30,612 bases of DNA. Origin: a virus. Its lineage: Duplodnaviria; Caudoviricetes. Under the pieces are notes generated by a model. That model did not search any database. It was not told the DNA's origin and worked only from the letters and a program-made list of their open reading frames with translations. Location: positions 1 to 30,612 of IMG/VR virus record IMGVR_UViG_3300032335_000508. One strand, given 5' to 3'. The position numbers were made by a program, and so were the translations under genes. This document shows, one piece after another, positions 14,836 to 23,616 of this stretch. Position 1 is the stretch's first letter. Each line of letters starts with the position of its first letter.

Positions 14836-17800
14836 TGAATCTACTCGCACGAATCAAAGCGGCGTTCACTCCGGAGAAGTACTTCAATTCTTCGATGACG
14901 ATCCTTCGCGGCGAGCCATCGAAGCGATCGCCGTTTGAATATCGCTCGGCCGTGAATGCGTACCGATCATGGATCTACGCTGCGGCGAATCTGAACGCTG
15001 TCGCTGTCGCGAGTCAGCCTCTTCGCTTGTACGTTCGAAATAAGAGTCAGTCGACGAAACTCTGGAACACTCGCAAGGCTTCGCGCCGCACGAAGGCGTA
15101 TCTATTCGGCGATCTCGAACAGCGTCCGAGCCGATACGCGCTCACGAAGGCCGCAGAGTACGGCGACGACTTCGAGGTCGTCGACGACGCGCATCCGATC
15201 CTCCAGTTGCTCTCGAAGGTCAATCCATACCAGAACGGATTCGACGCGACAGTTCTCCGAGTTCTGTACGGCGAGTTGACGGGCAACTCCTACATTCATC
15301 CAGTCATCGATCAGCGTCTCGGCGTTCCGGTGCAACTCTGGACGATGCCTTCGCAATTCGTCGAAGTCGTCCCCGGTCAGCAAGGCGAAGACTTCATCAA
15401 GGAATATCGCTATGGCGCGACCGAAGAGCAGAAGCGCGAGAACACATACGCGCCTGATGAAGTGATCCATTTCAAGCGACCGAATCCGGCGGATATGTAT
15501 TACGGGATCGGCAAGGTCGAAGCAGCGTGGGGCGCGATCATGGCGAACGAGGCTATCCATGAGATGGATGTCGCGTTCTTCGCGAACAAAGCGCGACCTG
15601 ATTATCTCCTCGTTGTAAAGTCGCCTGCTCACGACGACGAACTCGAACGGCTCGAAGTCTCGATCGACGAGAAGTTGCGCGGATCGAAGCGCACGGGACG
15701 CTTCCTCACGACGACGGCAGACATCGACCTCAAGCCTCTCTCTTTCCCTACGAAGGATCTCGCAGGCCGCGATCAGATCGTCGAAGAGATCGCGGCGGTC
15801 TTCGGCGTTCCCGTCTCGATGCTGAAGGCAAACGATCCGAATCTCGCGAGCGCGACCGTAGGCTTCGCATCATGGAAGCAGACAACGATCCTTCCGCTGC
15901 TTCGCATGGATGAGGAGACGCTGAATCAGAATCTCCTTCCGCTCTTCAATATCGAAGAGGATGCGTTCCTCGCCTATGACAATCCGGTTTCCGAGGATGA
16001 GCGATTCGCCTTCGAGAAACTCCGCTCGATGGTCGCAGGCGGAATTATGACGGCAAACGAGGCGCGAATGCGCGAAGGCCTCGAGCCAGTCGAAGACCCG
16101 ATGGCCGACGCTCTTCTCGTCAACGGACAGCCTCTCGGAGGCCCTGCGCCTGTCGCGCCTCTCGGTATGGCTTCGAGTGCGCCGGACGGCCTGACTGGGC
16201 CTCTGGACGCCTCAAACGAGATCGAGGAGCCTCCGATGCTCCCGACACAGCCAGAGCAGAAGGACGCGCTCTCGGACTGCGTCTCGGAGAAGATTCCGAA
16301 ACTGATCGCGGAAGGCTATCCGCAGGATCAGGCAGTCGCGATCGCCTATTCAATGTGCGCCGAAGGGAAGAAGAATTGTGGAGTGGGTTCGGGAGGATTC
16401 GAACAAGGGAATACTTGCGGATCACTTCGAGGAAGTTCAGCATCGATCCAAGAATCTGCTCTTTCTCGCGTGAAAGATATCGAGATCACGTCTTCTATGA
16501 GTTCGAGTCAAGTTCAAGAAAAGGCAGATGAGGTGTACGAAGCGATTCAGAATGTGCTGACTGACTGGAACGAGCAGGCACTTGGAAAAGAAAGCCGTGA
16601 GTTTTTTGGAGATCGGGAACTCGTAGAACCAAAGCGTCAGATTGCATCGACTGGATCGAACTACATAGACGTGCAAGGCGACAACGGAAAGACGCTTCGA
16701 GTTCGAATCGCGAATCACATGGAGGCTTATCCTCCTCGCGGTGATGTAGAAGATCAAGTGAGCATCGCGCCCGGAGAACTATCCGCGACTCAGGCGATGA
16801 AGCGAGTGGTTCGATGGCTTGATGAAAATAGAGATCCGGTGCTCATCGAAGATGGTGAATATGAGGATCTCAAGCCAGAAAAAAAGACGAAGGCAATCGG
16901 CGACATCGACACTCGGCCTCCGCAGTCTGTCGCAGACAATGCTCGCCGCGCTCTCGAAGTTCGCGCACGGAAGCCAGAGAGCGAGCGCGGAATGACCGCA
17001 GTCGGAATCGCTCGCGCTCGCGACTTGATGAATCGAGTTCGCCTCTCTGAAGACACGATCCGCCGCATGGCTTCGTACTTCGAGCGTCACGAGGTCGACA
17101 AGCAAGGATCGACTTGGGACGAGCAGGGCAAGGGATGGCAGGCTTGGTACGGTTGGGGCGGCGACGACGGCTTTGCTTGGGCCAAACGGAAGATCGAGGA
17201 GTTCGATCGCGAGCGAGAGCGCAACTCGGAGCGCAAGAAGAAATGCGCCTGCGGATGCGGATCGAAGAACGGCGGCGGCGATCCTCCGGCCAAGCCATCC
17301 GAGCGCATCAGCGGAAGCGATCGCAACGAGGAAGGCTCCGCGAGCGGATCGCGCGGCGGAATCGAGATCAGCGAAGCCACGGAGAAGGCTCTGCGAGCGA
17401 AGGTCGACGAACACAACGAGAAGCACGGCGACGAGAAAGGGAAGCGCGTCGATCTCGGAATGCTGAAGGCCGTCTATCGACGTGGCGCAGGCGCGTTCTC
17501 GACGAGCCATCGCACCGGAGTCGGTCGCGAGCAATGGGCCATCGCGCGAGTGAATGCGTTCCTCACTCTCGTTCGTCGCGGCAAACCAGAGGATGCCGAC
17601 TACACGACCGACTTCGATCTTCTGCCGGACGGCCATCCAAAGAAGAGCGATGCGAAGAAATCTCTTCTCTCTGATCTCTGGTTGAAGATGATCGAGGCCG
17701 ACAAGATCGAGCCTCCGCACGTTCTCACGAAGGATCTCGGCAAGGACGCGCTCAAGGAATTCGACAAGATCACGAAGCGCGAGGATGAACTCGGTAAGAG

Positions 17801-18683
17801 CGTCGGTCGCATCTTCGATCGACAAGTCAAGGCCGTCCTCGAACGCATTGCGAAGCAGGACGCGCCGACGCAGGAACTCGCCGCAGAAGTTCAGTCTCTT
17901 CTTGAATCGAAGAAGTGGCGTAAGGACATCGTCGACGCGCTTCGACCGTATCTCGAAGACTCGCTCGCGGCAGGAATCATCCTCGGCAAGACGACGCTTG
18001 AGAAGATGAAGGCTCTTCCGGTGAACTTCGACAAGCACGGCGAGGATCTCAAGGCATACGCTCGAACCGAATCGATCCGTCTCGCGAATCGCGCGGCAGA
18101 CTCGACGAATCGATGGACGGCAGTCAAGTTCTCGAAGGTCATCGGCGACGGAGTCGCGAACGGCGAGACGATTCCAGAGATCGCGGAGCGCGTGAAGACG
18201 TGGGCCGTGAAGGACGGCGACGCGGAACGCGCGACAACTCGCCGCGCTTTGACGATCGCTCGAACTGAAGCGCAACGCGCGAGCCGACGAGCCGAGGTCG
18301 AAGCATGGAAGGCATCCGGCGTAGTCAGCGGAAAGACGTGGCTCCTCGCGCCTGATCCGTGCGAGTTCTGTGAGGCCGCGAGCGATGCGTTCTCGAAGAA
18401 CGCTGTCGGCCTCGAAGACTCTTTCTACGGTGAAGGCTCGGAGATCATCGGCAAGGACGGAGGAATCATGGTCGCCGATTATGAAGCGATTGACGGGCCT
18501 CCGCTGCATCCGAACTGCCGCTGCGCTCTTCAGCCTCGGCTCGATGACGAGTTCGAAGCAGAAATGCAACAAGCAGAGCGCGAACTCGCCGAAGCGGAAG
18601 CAGAGAATCTCCGCCAGATCATCGCGGAGAATGCAGAAGAAATTGCAGCGATTGACGCGCAAGTCGAAAGGATCATGCGATGA
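14835..18683 (+). CDS. Portal protein fused to several internal modules and a C-terminal MuF/SPP1 gp7-like head morphogenesis domain (1282 aa)
   Basis: HK97-type portal motifs (PNPY.., GNSY, EVIHFK.PNP...YYG, IAAVFGVP, T.NEAR...GLEP). C-terminal IARTE, KTW...PCEFC and PPLHPNCRC. TGATG-coupled to terL. Confidence 0.9.
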   Translation: MNLLARIKAAFTPEKYFNSSMTILRGEPSKRSPFEYRSAVNAYRSWIYAAANLNAVAVASQPLRLYVRNKSQSTKLWNTRKASRRTKAYLFGDLEQRPSRYALTKAAEYGDDFEVVDDAHPILQLLSKVNPYQNGFDATVLRVLYGELTGNSYIHPVIDQRLGVPVQLWTMPSQFVEVVPGQQGEDFIKEYRYGATEEQKRENTYAPDEVIHFKRPNPADMYYGIGKVEAAWGAIMANEAIHEMDVAFFANKARPDYLLVVKSPAHDDELERLEVSIDEKLRGSKRTGRFLTTTADIDLKPLSFPTKDLAGRDQIVEEIAAVFGVPVSMLKANDPNLASATVGFASWKQTTILPLLRMDEETLNQNLLPLFNIEEDAFLAYDNPVSEDERFAFEKLRSMVAGGIMTANEARMREGLEPVEDPMADALLVNGQPLGGPAPVAPLGMASSAPDGLTGPLDASNEIEEPPMLPTQPEQKDALSDCVSEKIPKLIAEGYPQDQAVAIAYSMCAEGKKNCGVGSGGFEQGNTCGSLRGSSASIQESALSRVKDIEITSSMSSSQVQEKADEVYEAIQNVLTDWNEQALGKESREFFGDRELVEPKRQIASTGSNYIDVQGDNGKTLRVRIANHMEAYPPRGDVEDQVSIAPGELSATQAMKRVVRWLDENRDPVLIEDGEYEDLKPEKKTKAIGDIDTRPPQSVADNARRALEVRARKPESERGMTAVGIARARDLMNRVRLSEDTIRRMASYFERHEVDKQGSTWDEQGKGWQAWYGWGGDDGFAWAKRKIEEFDRERERNSERKKKCACGCGSKNGGGDPPAKPSERISGSDRNEEGSASGSRGGIEISEATEKALRAKVDEHNEKHGDEKGKRVDLGMLKAVYRRGAGAFSTSHRTGVGREQWAIARVNAFLTLVRRGKPEDADYTTDFDLLPDGHPKKSDAKKSLLSDLWLKMIEADKIEPPHVLTKDLGKDALKEFDKITKREDELGKSVGRIFDRQVKAVLERIAKQDAPTQELAAEVQSLLESKKWRKDIVDALRPYLEDSLAAGIILGKTTLEKMKALPVNFDKHGEDLKAYARTESIRLANRAADSTNRWTAVKFSKVIGDGVANGETIPEIAERVKTWAVKDGDAERATTRRALTIARTEAQRASRRAEVEAWKASGVVSGKTWLLAPDPCEFCEAASDAFSKNAVGLEDSFYGEGSEIIGKDGGIMVADYEAIDGPPLHPNCRCALQPRLDDEFEAEMQQAERELAEAEAENLRQIIAENAEEIAAIDAQVERIMR

Positions 18684-19348
18684 ACGATCTCAAGCGGAAG
18701 GCACTCGGCGCGGAACTCACTTCGACGGCGAAGGGATTCACCGCGATCATCACGGCAGAGACGCTCGATCGCGACGGCGAGGTTCTGATTCCTGCGGGAA
18801 TGAACTCGAAGGAGTTCGAGCAGAATCCGACGCTCTTCTGGAATCACGACTACGCGGAGCCAGTCGGAACGACGGTCGGCCTCAAGCGTCGAGAGCGCGA
18901 CATCGTCGGCGACTTCGTCTTCGCGAAGCGGCCTGACGGATACTCTGGCGATTTCTTTCCAGAGGTCGCCGCTGCTCTCGTCGGTCAAGGCATCGTTCGC
19001 GCAGTCTCGGTCGGATACGTTCCAGAGGCCGGAGGAGTGCGCCGCGCGACGGACATCGATAAGAAGAAGTACGGCGAGGACGTGAAGACGATCTACTCGC
19101 GGTGGAAGTTGCTCGAAGTCTCGCTCGCGCCATTGCAAGCGAATCCAGAAGCACTCATCACGGCGGTGAAGAAAGGCATTTGCTCGCCGGCTTCCGCGCG
19201 GAAATGGTTTGGAATCGAGCCTCCGAAGCGGACGGTCGTTTCTATTTCGATTCCCGCGCACTCATCTACAAAGGCGGCGCGGTCGATCATGCTCTCTGAA
19301 ACCGTAGAGCGCGAAATTGCTCGCGCTCGCGGTCGACTCTGGCTCTGA
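18680..19348 (+). CDS. HK97-family prohead protease
   Basis: DRDGE, NP.LFWNHD...PVG, AVSVGY and LLEVSLAPLQANPEA. Confidence 0.9.
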   Translation: MNDLKRKALGAELTSTAKGFTAIITAETLDRDGEVLIPAGMNSKEFEQNPTLFWNHDYAEPVGTTVGLKRRERDIVGDFVFAKRPDGYSGDFFPEVAAALVGQGIVRAVSVGYVPEAGGVRRATDIDKKKYGEDVKTIYSRWKLLEVSLAPLQANPEALITAVKKGICSPASARKWFGIEPPKRTVVSISIPAHSSTKAARSIMLSETVEREIARARGRLWL

Positions 19349-19435
19349 CGTTCGGCAACGCTCACGGCACTTCGCTTGAAACGCGGCCTCGCTCGGAAGA
19401 GAAGAGTTGTCTCTTTGAATTCGAAAGGTACAGAC

Positions 19436-20806
19436 ATGAAGACGATGAATCTCGATCAGTTCAAGAATGCGCTTGAAAAGGCCGCTCGCATCAAGGGTGC
19501 GGACGGCGTGGCAATGCAGAAGAAACTCATCCTCGAAGGCTACATGGTCACCGATGCCGAAGGCATGGCGGTTGATCCAGAAATGCTCGACGTAACGATC
19601 GCTGCCGCTGCTCCATCGACCGACATGATGAGCGATGAGGAGAAGGAACAAATCTCGAAGTCAATCCGTCGCGAAGTCGCTTCGCGTCTCGACGCAATGC
19701 CGCGCGGCCTCTCGGCAGTCGCCAACGTCGACGACAAGCCTTGGGAACGCGCTCGCGTCTACAGCGCAGGCCGCAAGGCTTTCTCCTCGAAGGAGATGGC
19801 TTGGAAGTTCGGCACGTGGTGTCTCGCAACTCTCGGCCACAAGAAGTCGGTCGAGAATTGCAAGAACTTCGGTATCACGATCAAGGCTCACACCGAAGGC
19901 GTGAACTCGCAAGGTGGCTTCCTCGTTCCTGACGAGATGGCCGCTGAACTCGTCACGCTTCGCGAGCAGTACGGAGTGTTCCGTCGCAACGCGAAGATCT
20001 ACCGCATGACCTCGGACACGCTCCGCATTCCTCGCAAGAATACGGGCCTTACGGCGTACTGGGTCGGCGAAGCGATCGCCGCGACCGAGTCGACGATGGG
20101 CTTCGACAACGTGCAACTCGTCGCGAAGAAGTTGACTGCGCTGACGACCGTCTCGAATGAACTCCTCGAAGACTCTGTGATCGACCTCGCGAGCGATGTC
20201 GCGAATGAAATCGCGTACCAGTTCGCGTTCAAGGAAGACGACGCAGGCTTCAACGGCGACGGCACGTCGACCTACGGCGGCGTTGTCGGCCTCACGACTG
20301 CTCTCTCTGATACGACCTACCAAATTAGCGACGGCGCAGCGTCGACCTACGCAGGAAGCGGAACAAGCCCAACACAGGCTGAAATCTCCGCAGGCTTCCG
20401 CAAGTTGCCGAACTGGGCCTATCAGCGAAACAACGTGAAGATCTTCTGCTCGAAGTCTGCATACCACGGAATCTTCGAGCGTCTCGCAATGGCCGCAGGT
20501 GGCGTGACTGCAACTGAAATGTCTGCAGGCATTCGCGAGCCTCGCTTCTTCGGATACCCAGTTGAGTTCACGCAAGTGATCCCAGTCACCGAAAGCGCAG
20601 GCGCAGTCTTCGCGTACATCGGCGACCTTTCGCAAGCCTGCTATCTCGGCGATCGCCGCGCGACCTCGATCGCGTTCAGCGATTCGGCTCTCAACGCCTT
20701 CGAGCAGGACGAGCGCGTTGTCCGTGGAACGCAGCGCGTCGACATCGTTTGCGCGAACGTCGGATCGTCGTCGGCCTCTGGCGCAATGATCAAGATGACC
20801 CTCTGA
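19436..20806 (+). CDS. Major capsid protein, HK97 fold with N-terminal delta domain
   Basis: K-AHTEG...GGFLVPDE, AYWVGE, KKL......SNELLEDS, GDG, GYPV, GDLS; ATG 19436 after GAAAGG. Confidence 0.95.
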   Translation: MKTMNLDQFKNALEKAARIKGADGVAMQKKLILEGYMVTDAEGMAVDPEMLDVTIAAAAPSTDMMSDEEKEQISKSIRREVASRLDAMPRGLSAVANVDDKPWERARVYSAGRKAFSSKEMAWKFGTWCLATLGHKKSVENCKNFGITIKAHTEGVNSQGGFLVPDEMAAELVTLREQYGVFRRNAKIYRMTSDTLRIPRKNTGLTAYWVGEAIAATESTMGFDNVQLVAKKLTALTTVSNELLEDSVIDLASDVANEIAYQFAFKEDDAGFNGDGTSTYGGVVGLTTALSDTTYQISDGAASTYAGSGTSPTQAEISAGFRKLPNWAYQRNNVKIFCSKSAYHGIFERLAMAAGGVTATEMSAGIREPRFFGYPVEFTQVIPVTESAGAVFAYIGDLSQACYLGDRRATSIAFSDSALNAFEQDERVVRGTQRVDIVCANVGSSSASGAMIKMTL

Positions 20807-20825
20807 TCCAAAGGAGATCAAACAC

Positions 20826-21266
20826 ATGAAAGCCAACTACAAGATCATCACCGTCGCAGGCGCATCGACTGCCGCTAGCACGACTCTGACAGCAGAATTC
20901 GACACGCTCGGATTTTCTTATGCGTCGATTGCCTTCGTCGACGGAACTAGTCCGACGACTCACGGCCTTTCGACAGTTGCTGCCAATCACGTTGTTCAGC
21001 ACAGCGATGCTTCCGGATCTGGCTTCTCTGCCATCTCTGGATTCACCGCAGGAACGGACTGGACTCCATCGAGCGCAGCACTCGCAACGAACGTTGCGAA
21101 ACTCGTTTACAACGTCGATCTTCGCGGCCGCAAGCGATACCTGAAGATTCAAGTGTCTCCGAACGGCGCGATCACGACTGGCGCACTTGTTTGCACTCTC
21201 ACGAATCCTGCAGATGGTCGCGTGACCGCTGCGGAAATCGGCGCAGGAGCAGTCGTCAACGGTTGA
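20826..21266 (+). CDS. Putative capsid decoration/cement protein, paralog 1
   Basis: Directly after the MCP; DTLGFSYASI...QHSD...GTDW...VDLRGRKRYLK. Confidence 0.7.
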   Translation: MKANYKIITVAGASTAASTTLTAEFDTLGFSYASIAFVDGTSPTTHGLSTVAANHVVQHSDASGSGFSAISGFTAGTDWTPSSAALATNVAKLVYNVDLRGRKRYLKIQVSPNGAITTGALVCTLTNPADGRVTAAEIGAGAVVNG

Positions 21267-21286
21267 TCAGTGAATGCATGATCCAT

Positions 21287-21317
21287 GAGAGGGGAGGGAA
21301 ACCTCCCCTCTCTCTTT
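21287..21317 (+). terminator. Hairpin/terminator after capsid and first decoration gene
   Basis: GAGAGGGGAGG-GAAA-CCTCCCCTCTC followed by TCTTT. Confidence 0.7.
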
Positions 21318-21326
21318 GGAGGACAG

Positions 21327-21740
21327 ATGAGAAACTCTCAAAATATGCGCTCGGTCGTTCTTTCAGAGGCGAGCGCATCGACACTCACGGCATCAGTCGA
21401 CACGCAGGGATTTCGCTTTGCGCGTATCGCCTTTTCATCCTCATCGACTGGAGCACCGACGACAAACTGCAAACTTGAGCAGTCAGACGATAATTCGACT
21501 TGGGAAGCGATTCGAGGAATCGTTCTCGCAACTGACTACACGCTCGCAACGACGACGAATCTCACGACTCGTCCGAAGGTCGTTTGGGATGTGAATCTCG
21601 CAGGTCGAAAGCGATATCTCAAGGCGACGATCGAACACGCGACCTCTGGCCGAGGTCAACTCAACGCGATGCTTCTCGATCCGATCGACGGCATCACGAC
21701 CGTCGCCGAGACTGGCGCAGCGAACTACGTCATCGCGTAA
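21327..21740 (+). CDS. Putative decoration protein, paralog 2
   Basis: MRNSQ...VDTQGFRFARI...EQSDD..WEAI...PKVVWDV.L.GRKRYLK; RBS GGAGG. Confidence 0.7.
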   Translation: MRNSQNMRSVVLSEASASTLTASVDTQGFRFARIAFSSSSTGAPTTNCKLEQSDDNSTWEAIRGIVLATDYTLATTTNLTTRPKVVWDVNLAGRKRYLKATIEHATSGRGQLNAMLLDPIDGITTVAETGAANYVIA

Positions 21741-21752
21741 CGAGGAGATTCG

Positions 21753-22166
21753 ATGCGAAACTCGCAAGACTTCAAGATGGTCGTTCTCGATCAGTCGTTT
21801 GGTCAGAGTTTCACGGCATCCGTCGACACTCAAGGATATCGATACGCGCGAATCATCTTCTGCTCGGATTCAGCGGGAAGACTCGTCAGCGGAACCAAGA
21901 TCGAGCAGTCGGACAAGGGAGTCACTTGGGAAGCGATTCCGAAGATGGTTGCCGGAGTCGACTACGTTCTTCCGAGCAAGGCGACAGTGACGACACAACC
22001 GAAGATCGTTTGGGATGTCTCGATGCTCGGGAAGAAGCGATTTCTCAAAGCGACCATCGAGCAGATTACTGAAGGAAATTCGATCATCATGGCTCAACTT
22101 CTTGAGCCGATCGACTCCGTCACGACTGCCGAGGAAACTGGAGTCACGACCTACGCGCTCGGATGA
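21753..22166 (+). CDS. Putative decoration protein, paralog 3
   Basis: MRNSQ...VDTQGYRYARI...EQSD..WEAI...PKIVWDV.M.GKKRFLK; RBS GAGGAG. Confidence 0.7.
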   Translation: MRNSQDFKMVVLDQSFGQSFTASVDTQGYRYARIIFCSDSAGRLVSGTKIEQSDKGVTWEAIPKMVAGVDYVLPSKATVTTQPKIVWDVSMLGKKRFLKATIEQITEGNSIIMAQLLEPIDSVTTAEETGVTTYALG

Positions 22167-22192
22167 TCGACAAGCCTCTTTCTTTTTCCGGT

Positions 22193-22217
22193 GGGGAGGC
22201 GGCACGTCCGTCTCCCC
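22193..22217 (+). promoter_or_regulatory. Intergenic hairpin
   Basis: GGGGAGGCGG-cacgt-CCGTCTCCCC; no clear U-tract. Confidence 0.45.
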
Positions 22218-22252
22218 TCTATCATTCCGAAGCCAAACGGCAAGGAGACATC

Positions 22253-23302
22253 ATGGAAGAACTGAAGGACGGCGCAGACATCGGCTCGGGCTTGACGCAA
22301 ATCCGCACGGAGGACGCGATTCCTTGGCTTCGCTCGATCGCATCGCAACTGAAAGACGGAGCAGAACTCCGGCTCGAAGTGCCTGATCTCGACGGAGTGA
22401 TGAAAGCCTACAACGACGGCGAGCCAGAGACGGAGAAGATGCTCATCGGCGATGGCGCGAAGTCGCTTTGGAATCGCGAGAAACTCTCGCGCGTTCTAAA
22501 TCTCTCAGGATTCGAGATCTCGCGCGGGAAGAATGGTTGGGCTTGGAACGAGACGAAGACAAAGATCTCTGTCGTCGCTCGCAAGTACTCGCGGCCTGCG
22601 CCGTCTTTCCCGATGAAAGACATCCATTGCATCATGTCGCTTCCTCGCGTTTGTTGGACGGATACGCAAGGCGTTCTCCATCATGCGGCGGCCTCGCTTG
22701 GCTTCAACGTCACGCGATCGACCGGAGTCTTCTGGGGCCAATGCCTCGAACGTCTTCTCGAAACTTGCCTGACGATGGAAGGCATCAAGTACGTTCTGAC
22801 GGTCGACTACGATTCGATCTTTGACGCGGAAGACATTATTCGGCTTTGGCAAGTCATGGAGACGCGGCCTGACGTTGCCGCGCTCTGTCCGCTTCAGATC
22901 GGACGAGACAAAGATCTTCCGCTCTTCTCAATCAAGAACGACGACGGAACTCTTTTAAAGGAGATGACGGAAGATCGTCTCTACACGGACGCGCTCGAAA
23001 TGAACACGGGTCACTTTGGCCTGACGCTGATTCGACTCGATGCGATCCGCGATCTTCCGAGGCCGTTCTTCCTCGGCGTTCCGAACAAGAACGGCAACTG
23101 GGAAGAAGGCCGCGTCGATGACGACATCTTCTTCTGGAATCGTCTCCGCGAAGCAGGCAAGAAGATTTGCCTCTGTCCGCGAGTTCGCATCGGACATCTT
23201 CAGAACGTCGTGACGTGGCCTGCCGAAGACTGTCGAGCGATCACGCAATATCTCTCGAAATACCATGAAGACGGGAGACCGATCGAATGCATGACCTTCT
23301 AA
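22253..23302 (+). CDS. Fusion of a degenerate class I methyltransferase-like N-terminus and a GT-A-fold glycosyltransferase
   Basis: LKDGAELRLEVPDL (compare LKPGG.L.I.VPD); YVLTVDYDS (DxD), HFGLTLIR, DDDIFFW..LREAG.K......RIGH; RBS AAGGAGA. Confidence 0.75.
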   Translation: MEELKDGADIGSGLTQIRTEDAIPWLRSIASQLKDGAELRLEVPDLDGVMKAYNDGEPETEKMLIGDGAKSLWNREKLSRVLNLSGFEISRGKNGWAWNETKTKISVVARKYSRPAPSFPMKDIHCIMSLPRVCWTDTQGVLHHAAASLGFNVTRSTGVFWGQCLERLLETCLTMEGIKYVLTVDYDSIFDAEDIIRLWQVMETRPDVAALCPLQIGRDKDLPLFSIKNDDGTLLKEMTEDRLYTDALEMNTGHFGLTLIRLDAIRDLPRPFFLGVPNKNGNWEEGRVDDDIFFWNRLREAGKKICLCPRVRIGHLQNVVTWPAEDCRAITQYLSKYHEDGRPIECMTF

Positions 23303-23616
23303 TCGTTCTTCGAAACTGCGCGATTCACGTCGACGGCGTAGGCCGACGAGATCTCCGAGCCGGAACGATCGTCAACGTCTCGCACGAAGCAGCGAAGACG
23401 CTAGTCTCAAAGGGATACGCGAAACACGCGATCGAGCCTGCTCCGCTCTTTGTGGATTCGACTCGACTGAATCAAACGCCGAAGAAGAAGCCAAGGAGAG
23501 CCGATGGCCGTAGCGACGAACTCACTCACGACTCTGGTCAGTCTGAAGCAATATCTCGGCGTGACGACGACGACCGACGATGCGCTGATGGAGAGCCTGA
23601 TCGACCGAGCGAGTGA
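23287..23616 (+). CDS. Small virion-associated protein
   Basis: G..V.V....A..LV..GYA plus basic tail, typical of the gene before the connector; 3' end overlaps the next gene. Confidence 0.6.
   Translation: MHDLLIVLRNCAIHVDGVGRRDLRAGTIVNVSHEAAKTLVSKGYAKHAIEPAPLFVDSTRLNQTPKKKPRRADGRSDELTHDSGQSEAISRRDDDDRRCADGEPDRPSE

Noticed and set aside
16779-18662. 627-aa minus-strand ORF (also 19661-20836 and many shorter ones)
   Set aside because: Antisense shadows of strongly supported + strand genes in GC-rich DNA, with no motifs or RBS.
22163-22252. Start at 22163, or a frameshift linking decoration paralog 3 to the glycosyltransferase
   Set aside because: The T-tract lies after the 22166 stop and is not a proper slippery heptamer; ATG 22253 has a strong AAGGAGA RBS.
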